64,000 nucleotides of DNA, from positions 458,455 through 522,454 of the forward strand of contig OZ246403.1 of NCBI GenBank assembly GCA_965230925.1, given 5' to 3'. The position numbers and the translations under genes are program-made. Positions 57,023 to 64,000 of the stretch are shown piece after piece (the stretch's first letter is position 1; every line of letters begins with the position of its first letter). Source of the stretch: an uncultured Candidatus Saccharibacteria bacterium. GTDB taxonomy: Bacteria > Patescibacteriota > Minisyncoccia > Phycocordibacterales > JACOZG01. The notes beneath the pieces are model-generated. The model ran no database searches, had not been told where the DNA came from, and worked only from the letters and a program-made list of their open reading frames with translations.

Positions 57023-57556
57023 ATGAAATTACTGAAAGAAAAATTAAAAGCCGCCCTTCCTGAACTCGAGAAGACTCTCGGGATTAAGAATCATCTGGCT
57101 TTACCGCGGATTACTAAGGTGGTGATTAGCTCGGGTACCGGAAAGGCCAAGGACAAGAAGCGCAATGAGCTTGTGTCTGATCGCTTGAACAAAATTACTG
57201 GTCAGAAGGTGTCACCTCGGGGAGCTAAGAAATCAATTGCCTCCTTCAAGTCTCGCCAGGGAGATATTATTGGCCAGGCGGTTACCTTGCGTGGTGCGCG
57301 GATGTATCACTTCTTGGATCGTTTGTTAAATATTTCCATTCCGCGTATTCGTGACTTCCGCGGCTTTGATGATAAAAGTGTAGATGAGATCGGGAACCTA
57401 ACTATTGGTATCCGGGAGCACACCGTTTTCCCTGAGACCGCTGATGAGGACCTTAAAGACGTTTTCGGCTTCGCTGTCACCATTGTTACTACCGCCAAGA
57501 ATCGTAACCAAGCCCTGGCTCTCTTCCGAGCTATCAACTTCCCGTTTAAAAAGTAG
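57023..57556 (+). CDS. rplE: 50S ribosomal protein L5
   Basis: ITGQK, IPRIRDFRG, VFPE. Confidence 0.97.
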   Translation: MKLLKEKLKAALPELEKTLGIKNHLALPRITKVVISSGTGKAKDKKRNELVSDRLNKITGQKVSPRGAKKSIASFKSRQGDIIGQAVTLRGARMYHFLDRLLNISIPRIRDFRGFDDKSVDEIGNLTIGIREHTVFPETADEDLKDVFGFAVTIVTTAKNRNQALALFRAINFPFKK

Positions 57557-57598
57557 TTGCTACAATTAACTAGTTCGTTTATTAACTAGTTAATTTTT

Positions 57599-58123
57599 AT
57601 GAAAAAATATCTATTAGCCGCCCTCGGCTTATTTTTAGTAGCTGGTGTGGCTTCGGCCCAAACAGGGTCACTTTATTATTTGCTCCAACGTATTAGTAAT
57701 CTTGCTGGTCAGACGGCTAGGGTGTCTGAATCTGTTACTGCTGAGCCATTAGCACCGGACCTTACGTCCACTTTGGGGTCCTCTCAGATCAACACAGATA
57801 ATAATCTTGTTTCTACTAGTAATAGTAGCGTCAGTGGCCCCGTGAGTGGTTACCAGGTTGTTCTCAACGAAGTCGTTAATACTGGTAGTACGGTTAATGT
57901 TACTTGCCCAAGCGGCAAGACTGTTTTGGGTGGGGGGTGCAATCTTGGTAGTGCTGTCTATCCACCTGGATGGAATGGCCCTGCACATTTTTATTCTTTG
58001 GAGGATTCTTTTCCAATCTCTGCTGTCAGTGCGGGGGTGGGGATTTGGTCTTGTTCGTGGAATGGCCCGACCGACCTTCCCTACAGGAAACAGGCTATAG
58101 CTATTTGTGCGAACGTTCAGTAA
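57599..58123 (+). CDS. Hypothetical secreted Cys-containing protein inserted in the spc operon
   Basis: Signal peptide (ASA|Q); CPSGKTVLGGGC..WSCSW..AIAICA; own TGcTACAAT -10. Confidence 0.8.
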   Translation: MKKYLLAALGLFLVAGVASAQTGSLYYLLQRISNLAGQTARVSESVTAEPLAPDLTSTLGSSQINTDNNLVSTSNSSVSGPVSGYQVVLNEVVNTGSTVNVTCPSGKTVLGGGCNLGSAVYPPGWNGPAHFYSLEDSFPISAVSAGVGIWSCSWNGPTDLPYRKQAIAICANVQ

Positions 58124-58130
58124 TTAAACC

Positions 58131-58176
58131 AAGGATTTGACTTGAAGGCGCCGCTTTGTTAGCATAGTGGCGCTTT
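58131..58176 (+). promoter_or_regulatory. Promoter upstream of rpsN
   Basis: TTGACT-17-TAGCAT with extended TG. Confidence 0.65.
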
Positions 58177-58180
58177 CCTT

Positions 58181-58366
58181 ATGGCTAAAACTTCAGTCAT
58201 TGCGAGGGCCCAAAAGCCCCCGAAGTTTAGTACTCGCCTCGTGCGGCGTTGTTTTCGCTGCGGTCGGAAGCGGGCGTTTATGCGTGACTTTGAGTTGTGC
58301 CGCATTTGCTTCCGGGAATTAGCCAATGAGGGTAAAATCCCGGGAATTCGTAAATCTTCTTGGTAA
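58181..58366 (+). CDS. rpsN: 30S ribosomal protein S14 (Zn-binding, type Z)
   Basis: [15 protein letters not shown]. Confidence 0.97.
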   Translation: MAKTSVIARAQKPPKFSTRLVRRCFRCGRKRAFMRDFELCRICFRELANEGKIPGIRKSSW

Positions 58367-58367
58367 T

Positions 58368-58760
58368 ATGTTATCCGATCCTATTGCTGACATGTTGATT
58401 CGGTTGAAGAACGGCGCCGCCGCTGGCCGTGGGGTAATAGAGGTGCCTCTTTCTAATCTCCGAGCCGAGATTGCCCGAGTGCTCCAAGAGGCTGGTTATG
58501 TAAAGTCGGTGAATAAGAAAGGGAAAAAAGGCCGTAAGTTCTTAGAACTCGAACTGACGAAGATTGGGAACAATTTTAAACTCCGTGGTGCCACTCGAGT
58601 TTCCAAGCCCTCGCGCCGGGTTTATCAAGGCTTCCGTGATCTTCGCTCGGTGAAGCAGGGGACTGGTTATGCCGTGCTCTCGACGCCTCAAGGAGTAATG
58701 ACCGGCATAGATGCTCGGAAAAAAGGTCTTGGCGGCGAGGTCTTATTTAAAATCTGGTAA
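58368..58760 (+). CDS. rpsH: 30S ribosomal protein S8
   Basis: DPIADMLIRLKN, SKPSRRVY, GGEVL; start at ATG 58368. Confidence 0.97.
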   Translation: MLSDPIADMLIRLKNGAAAGRGVIEVPLSNLRAEIARVLQEAGYVKSVNKKGKKGRKFLELELTKIGNNFKLRGATRVSKPSRRVYQGFRDLRSVKQGTGYAVLSTPQGVMTGIDARKKGLGGEVLFKIW

Positions 58761-58762
58761 AC

Positions 58763-59305
58763 ATGTCACGCCTCGCCAAACAACCAATTACGCTTCCTCC
58801 CAAAGTTGAGCTCACTCAGGCGAGTGGCGCTGTTTCGGTGAAGGGTCCGCTTGGTACCCTTACTCGTACCTTTGGCCCTTTGGTCGAAATTAAGGTTGAA
58901 GATGGCGCGGTGAAGCTCGTGGCGAAGGGTAATCAAGAGACTTTGCCTACTCGCGCGCTCATTGGTACTTATTTTTCTCATATTCAAAACATGGTTGAGG
59001 GGGTGAGTCAGGGTTTTACCAAGAAGTTGATTCTTGAAGGGGTGGGTTACAAGGTGGCTGTGAGCGGTAACAAGCTTGCGATGAGTTTGGGTCTTTCTCA
59101 CCCAGTAGAGAGACCGATTCCAGAAGGTCTTAAAGTGACGGCAGATAAAAATTTGGTCACGATCATTGGGGCAGACAAAGAATTGGTTGGTCAATTTGCC
59201 GCCGATATTCGCGCGCTCAAGAAGCCAGAGCCGTATAAGGGAAAAGGGTTCCGATATGAAGACGAAAAGATTACCCGCAAGCAAGGTAAGAAAGTTGTTG
59301 CTTAA
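58763..59305 (+). CDS. rplF: 50S ribosomal protein L6
   Basis: VKGPLG, PEPYKGKG. Confidence 0.98.
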   Translation: MSRLAKQPITLPPKVELTQASGAVSVKGPLGTLTRTFGPLVEIKVEDGAVKLVAKGNQETLPTRALIGTYFSHIQNMVEGVSQGFTKKLILEGVGYKVAVSGNKLAMSLGLSHPVERPIPEGLKVTADKNLVTIIGADKELVGQFAADIRALKKPEPYKGKGFRYEDEKITRKQGKKVVA

Positions 59306-59308
59306 ACC

Positions 59309-59689
59309 ATGAAAACCACTAATTCTAAAGTTGCTCGTCGTCTCAACCGTCACCGCAAGATCCGAATGAAGGTGGCTGGTACCGCCGTGCGACCACGCCT
59401 TGCCGTGTTTCGCTCGAGCAAGCACATTTATGCTCAGCTCATTGATGATAGTGTGGGTAAGACGCTTGCCGCCGCCAATGATGCCGAGATTAAGAAGCTC
59501 GCTAAGACGGAAGAAGTGAAGAAAATGCTCCCGAAGGTGGCCGATGCTTACCAGGTTGGCCAGCTCATTGCCACCAAGGCGATTAATCATAAAGTTCAGG
59601 GAATCGTTTTTGATCGTGGTGGTTACCTCTTTGCTGGTCGGGTGAAGGCGCTCGCCGAAGGAGCGCGAGCTGGCGGTTTAAACTTTTAA
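59309..59689 (+). CDS. rplR: 50S ribosomal protein L18
   Basis: RPRLAVFRS, VFDRGGY, GARAGGLNF. Confidence 0.98.
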   Translation: MKTTNSKVARRLNRHRKIRMKVAGTAVRPRLAVFRSSKHIYAQLIDDSVGKTLAAANDAEIKKLAKTEEVKKMLPKVADAYQVGQLIATKAINHKVQGIVFDRGGYLFAGRVKALAEGARAGGLNF

Positions 59690-59698
59690 ACAATAACT

Positions 59699-60190
59699 AT
59701 GTCACCATTTAATAACAACAGAGAACGGAAGGGTCATGGGCCACGCACGCCTCGTGAGAAGCCAGAATTTGATCAAAAGACGATTGGTATCCGTCGTGTT
59801 ACCCGTGTGGTGAAGGGTGGCCGACGCTTTAGCTTTGCTGCTACGGTGGCTATTGGTGATCGCCAGGGGCGGGTGGGGCTCGGGGTGGGGAAGGCTGCCG
59901 ATGTGGCTCTCTCGCTCGATAAGGCCGTGAAGGATGCGAAGAAAAATCTTTTGAAACTTAAATTGACTAAGGAGTCGAGTGTGCCCCATGAGCTCTCAGC
60001 CAAGTTTGCGAGCTCAAAGTTGTGGCTTAACCCGGCTCCTGGTCGTGGTCTCACGGCGGGGAGTTCTGCGCGCATTATCTTAGAGCTCGCGGGTGTGCGC
60101 AATGTGACGGCCAAGTTTTTCTCGAAGAGTAAAAACAAGTTAAATAATGCCCGGGTGACCATGGTGGCACTCAAGCAACTCGTCGCTTAA
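59699..60190 (+). CDS. rpsE: 30S ribosomal protein S5
   Basis: RVTRVVKGGRRFSF. Confidence 0.97.
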   Translation: MSPFNNNRERKGHGPRTPREKPEFDQKTIGIRRVTRVVKGGRRFSFAATVAIGDRQGRVGLGVGKAADVALSLDKAVKDAKKNLLKLKLTKESSVPHELSAKFASSKLWLNPAPGRGLTAGSSARIILELAGVRNVTAKFFSKSKNKLNNARVTMVALKQLVA

Positions 60191-60199
60191 TTTCCAATC

Positions 60200-60634
60200 A
60201 TGCAATTACATAATCTCAAACGCCCTCGCACGCTCCAGTCTAAGAAGACCGTTGGTCGCGGTGGTAAGCGTGGTACTACTTCCGGTCGTGGAACCAAGGG
60301 GCAGAAGGCCCGCGCTGGACACCGAATGCGACCAGAACTCAGAGATACGATTAAGAAACTGCCTAAGAATCGCGGTTATACTTTCTTTGGGCCAATTAAC
60401 CAGAAGCCGCAAACAGTAACCTTGGGGGCGGTTAACGGTGCTTTTGCGGCTGGTGGTCTCGTGACTCCGCAAACACTTGCTAAGCTCGGCTTGGTGCGCC
60501 GGGCGAAAGGAATATTACTTGCCGTGAAGGTTCTTGGTGGAGGAGTTGTGGACCGAGCGCTTACCTTTGAGCGGGTCACCGTGGCCGCTTCCGCTCGTGC
60601 TAAAATTGAGACCGCAGGAGGAAAGATTAAATGA
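60200..60634 (+). CDS. rplO: 50S ribosomal protein L15
   Basis: VGRGGKRGTTSGRGTKGQKAR. Confidence 0.96.
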   Translation: MQLHNLKRPRTLQSKKTVGRGGKRGTTSGRGTKGQKARAGHRMRPELRDTIKKLPKNRGYTFFGPINQKPQTVTLGAVNGAFAAGGLVTPQTLAKLGLVRRAKGILLAVKVLGGGVVDRALTFERVTVAASARAKIETAGGKIK

Positions 60635-61902
60635 ATAAATTTTTCGCGAAGTTAAAAATTATTTTCTCTGACCGACGTCTTCGTCGTCAGCTAATTTTTG
60701 TCCTTGGGGTGTTGGTCTTGTTTCGCCTCGGCGCTTCAGTGCCAATTCCGGGAGTTAACCTTGAGGTTCTTGAGCGTTTTCTCTCGGGTAATCAATTTTT
60801 CGGTCTTCTTAACCTCTTTTCTGGTGGTGGTCTTTCCAACCTTTCCATCATGATGCTTGGGGTGGGGCCGTTTATCACCGCTTCCATTATTCTTCAGTTG
60901 CTCACAATCATGATTCCTTCTCTGAAGGAGATCTATCATGAAGCGGGTGAGGCTGGCCGACGGAAATTTGCCCAATATGCGCGTCTTCTCACCGTACCTT
61001 TGGCCGTGCTCCAGAGCTTTAGCCTTATTGTTCTCCTTGAGCGTCAGGGTGTACTTTTGCCGCTTTCTCTCGCTGATCGCTTAACCAGCGTGATTGTGAT
61101 CACGGCTGGCTCTGTTTTACTTATGTGGCTCGGTGAACTCATTAATGAATATGGCATCGGTAACGGAACTTCTTTGATTATCTTTGCTGGTATTTTGGCG
61201 GGAATTCCGAGCACAATTAGTCAGACTGTTGTGAACTTTGATCCTGCTCAATTGCCGGTTTATCTTGGTTTCTTGGGCGTCGCCGTGCTCACTGTGGCTG
61301 GTGTGGTGCTGGTGACTGAAGCCGAGCGGCCGATTCCTATTACTTATGCCAAGCAGGTTAGAGGAAACAAAGTCTATGGTGGCATGTCGACCTATTTACC
61401 GATTCGCCTCAATCAGTCAGGCGTGATGCCGATTATTTTTGCCTTATCGCTCCTTCTTTTCCCGCAAATGATTTTCCAATTCTTATCGAGTGTAAACAAT
61501 GATGTGGTGCGCGCCGTTTCTGATTTGTTTCTTGATCTGCTCAATAATCAATGGGTATACGGCATCTTTTACTTTGTTCTCATTTTCCTTTTCACTTATT
61601 TTTATTCAGCAATTACTTTCGATCCCCAGTCTATTGCTGATAACTTACAGAAAAGTGGTGCCTTCGTGCCTGGGACGCGCCCCGGAACTCCGACCCGTGA
61701 TTATCTCAACCGGGTGGTAAATCGCCTGACTTTGGTTGGCGCCCTCTTTTTGGGTGTGATTGCGATACTCCCTCTAATAATGCAAGCCGCAACCGGACTT
61801 GCTTCGCTTGCCATTGGCGGTACTGGCCTCCTTATTGTGGTTTCGGTGGCTATTGACCTGGTGAAGCAGGTTGATGCTCAAGTCTCGATGCGGGAGTACT
61901 AG
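60631..61902 (+). CDS. secY: Preprotein translocase SecY
   Basis: LGVGPFITASI, GIGNGTS, GVMPIIFA, VPGTRPG. Confidence 0.98.
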   Translation: MNKFFAKLKIIFSDRRLRRQLIFVLGVLVLFRLGASVPIPGVNLEVLERFLSGNQFFGLLNLFSGGGLSNLSIMMLGVGPFITASIILQLLTIMIPSLKEIYHEAGEAGRRKFAQYARLLTVPLAVLQSFSLIVLLERQGVLLPLSLADRLTSVIVITAGSVLLMWLGELINEYGIGNGTSLIIFAGILAGIPSTISQTVVNFDPAQLPVYLGFLGVAVLTVAGVVLVTEAERPIPITYAKQVRGNKVYGGMSTYLPIRLNQSGVMPIIFALSLLLFPQMIFQFLSSVNNDVVRAVSDLFLDLLNNQWVYGIFYFVLIFLFTYFYSAITFDPQSIADNLQKSGAFVPGTRPGTPTRDYLNRVVNRLTLVGALFLGVIAILPLIMQAATGLASLAIGGTGLLIVVSVAIDLVKQVDAQVSMREY

Positions 61903-61926
61903 GGGCGTGATATACTAGTTCCCGTT

Positions 61927-62130
61927 ATGGCTCAAATCGTTTTTAACTCCGATGGGGAGTATTCTCGAGGTTCCGGTTCTCGTAATTTTAGTCGCGGAGG
62001 TATGGCCGGTTGGTTGAAACGAGTTTCGGGCGGAATTATTCCTACCGAGCAAGCTGCTAATTGGGTTTTGTTTTTTATTGCCGTAGTTATTTTTGCTATT
62101 GCCGCTTTGATTCTTTTCCGTAGTCTTTAG
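61927..62130 (+). CDS. Small tail-anchored membrane protein
   Basis: Fills the secY-adk gap; C-terminal TM. Confidence 0.6.
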   Translation: MAQIVFNSDGEYSRGSGSRNFSRGGMAGWLKRVSGGIIPTEQAANWVLFFIAVVIFAIAALILFRSL

Positions 62131-62132
62131 GT

Positions 62133-62738
62133 ATGATCACTGATCCTCAAGCAATCATTTTTATGGGTCGTTCGGCCGCGGGTAAGGGAACCCAGGCCTC
62201 GCTTTTGATTGATCATTTTAAAAAAGAAAACCCGGCAACACCTGAACCGGTGTTTTATATTGAAACAGGAGCGCGATTTCGTGACTATATTACCCAGGAT
62301 AATTATTCAAGCGGTCGTTCGAAAATGCTTTACACTGCCGGTGATTTGCAGCCGGCTTTTATTGTGACTTGGCTTTGGACGGAGTTAATTGTGAAGAATT
62401 ATCACGGCGATCAGCACTGGGTGGTAGATGGTACGCCGCGATCATTGGCAGAAGCTTTTACCTTTGATTCCGCCCTTCGTTTCTACGGCTTCAAGCAACC
62501 CACCATTATTTTGCTCGATATTCATAATGATGTCGCTCATGATCGTTTAAACAAGCGCGGTCGGGCTGATGATCTTGACCATCATGGCAATGAAAAGCGC
62601 TTGGCCTGGTTTGAGTCTACTGTAATGCCGGCGGTTGAATACTTCCGCAGTAAGCCCGACTACTACCGTTTTATTACGGTTGATGGTGCGGCGGGGATCG
62701 AAGAAATTCATCGGCAAGTGGTGGCAGCCTTATCATAA
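62133..62738 (+). CDS. adk: Adenylate kinase-like NMP kinase (short, no LID)
   Basis: GRSAAGKGTQ P-loop, DGTPR, RGRADD; position after secY. Confidence 0.85.
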   Translation: MITDPQAIIFMGRSAAGKGTQASLLIDHFKKENPATPEPVFYIETGARFRDYITQDNYSSGRSKMLYTAGDLQPAFIVTWLWTELIVKNYHGDQHWVVDGTPRSLAEAFTFDSALRFYGFKQPTIILLDIHNDVAHDRLNKRGRADDLDHHGNEKRLAWFESTVMPAVEYFRSKPDYYRFITVDGAAGIEEIHRQVVAALS

Positions 62739-63497
62739 ATGACGAAAACTGCTGAAGAAATTGTTCTCCTGCGCGAAGGTGGCAGGCGTTTAGCCGAGAT
62801 TTTGAAGACCTTGGCGCTTATGGTTGCTCCGGGAGTGACGACCAATGCTCTTGATGAACGAGCCCGTGAACTTATTGCCGAGAGTGGTGATGAGCCCGCT
62901 TTTCTTGATTATCAGAGCGAAGGGATGAAGCGACCTTATCCGGCGGCGCTTTGTGTTTCTATCAACGATGAGGTGGTGCACGGTGTACCGAGTGAACGGG
63001 CTTTGGTAGAAGGAGACATTATTACTCTTGACCTTGGTTTGTGTCACAAGGGTCTTTATACCGATTCGGCTATCACTGTGCCAGTGGGAGAGATTTCGGA
63101 AGAAGCGAAGCGGCTTATTGAAACGACGCGAGAGTCACTAATGGCAGGAATTAAAGCCATTCACGCGGGAGCACGGTTGGGTGATATTGGCGCCGCCGTG
63201 GCGGCCGTGGCCAAGAGAGGTGATCTTGGTATTGTTCGCGAACTTGGCGGTCATGGTGTGGGATATGCGGTTCACGAAGGACCTTTAATTCCTAATTATG
63301 GGACCAAAGGGAGTGGACTAGCTCTTGAGGCGGGGATGGTGCTTGCCATTGAACCCATGCTTACTCTTGGCGAAGGGCGGGTGAAGCTCGGTAAAGATGG
63401 TTTTACTTATTTAACGCGCGATGGGAGCCTGGCGGCCCATTTTGAGCACACCATTGTGGTAACCGACCGGGGGGCTGAAATTTTAACTACAGTCTGA
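62739..63497 (+). CDS. map: Methionine aminopeptidase type I
   Basis: SINDEVVHG, GHGVG, AIEPM, AHFEHT. Confidence 0.97.
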   Translation: MTKTAEEIVLLREGGRRLAEILKTLALMVAPGVTTNALDERARELIAESGDEPAFLDYQSEGMKRPYPAALCVSINDEVVHGVPSERALVEGDIITLDLGLCHKGLYTDSAITVPVGEISEEAKRLIETTRESLMAGIKAIHAGARLGDIGAAVAAVAKRGDLGIVRELGGHGVGYAVHEGPLIPNYGTKGSGLALEAGMVLAIEPMLTLGEGRVKLGKDGFTYLTRDGSLAAHFEHTIVVTDRGAEILTTV

Positions 63498-63510
63498 TAG
63501 GATACTCGCC

Positions 63511-64000
63511 ATGACTCATCCAAAAGAAGAAAAGACCTTTTTAATGATTAAGCCGGACGGTGTTCGGAAGGGTTTAATTGGCGAGATTATTAGACGTTTA
63601 GAACAGCGTGACCTTAAGGTTGTAGCTCTTGAGATGTTCCAAGCAACCAAAGCCCAAGTAGACGGTCATTACCCAAAAGACGAAAAATGGATTCGCCGCT
63701 TGGGTGAGAAAACTCTCGCGACCTATGAGAAATATGGCTATGATCCTAAAAAGGAAATGGGCACAACCGATATGTTGAAAATTGGTAAAAGCGTGCGTGG
63801 TTGGCTCATTGACTACATGGTTAGCGCGCCTTTGGTGCGGATGGTTATCCAGGGTACTCATGCGGTGGCGATGGTGCGGAAAATTGTGGGTCCGACCATT
63901 CCGTCACTCGCGGAAATGGGGACAATTCGGGGTGATTTTTCGGCTGATTCACCGGCCCTTGCTAATAAAGAGAAGCGAGCGGTGGCGAATCTGGTTCATG
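63511..64000 (+). CDS. ndk: Nucleoside diphosphate kinase (partial, runs off the window)
   Basis: Not in the ORF track; manual translation MTHPKEEKTFLMIKPDGVRKGLIGEII..GTIRGDF..NLVH. Confidence 0.93.
   Translation, partial: MTHPKEEKTFLMIKPDGVRKGLIGEIIRRLEQRDLKVVALEMFQATKAQVDGHYPKDEKWIRRLGEKTLATYEKYGYDPKKEMGTTDMLKIGKSVRGWLIDYMVSAPLVRMVIQGTHAVAMVRKIVGPTIPSLAEMGTIRGDFSADSPALANKEKRAVANLVH

Noticed and set aside
58766-59590. 274-aa antisense ORF, and similar antisense ORFs across fusA, tuf and ribosomal protein genes
   Set aside because: Expected by-product of codon bias in highly expressed sense genes; no motifs.

Overview
Bacterial chromosome segment, most likely Patescibacteria/CPR (Parcubacteria-like). 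This is an inference from the missing rpmD (L30) in the spc operon, short ribosomal proteins, a split comEC and a trigger factor without its PPIase domain; TGA is read as stop. Core content: an Xer recombinase, cca, five tRNAs, alr, HU, rny, clpP, tig, ppa, nusA, tpiA, pgk, recJ, rnhA, comEC and the str-S10-spc block through secY-adk-map-ndk. Accessory content is mostly surface proteins: a 2390-aa PKD/Ig stalk protein with a beta-propeller tip, a shorter protein using the same stalk modules with an ELWxxDGT tip, and two phage-fibre-like exported proteins that share an unnamed N-terminal module and lie directly upstream of a type IV pilus cluster. Non-coding signals read from the sequence: three parS-like sites embedded in CDSs next to DnaA boxes, a candidate structured sRNA, a tRNA-Gly with a duplicated 3' end, a nusA leader attenuator, a decayed duplicate of a fibre-gene start, two near-identical restart promoters in the ribosomal protein block, and many -10 boxes placed for leaderless mRNAs. 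No CRISPR array, transposase, rRNA or prophage was seen. All product calls come from motif recognition by eye, not database searches.
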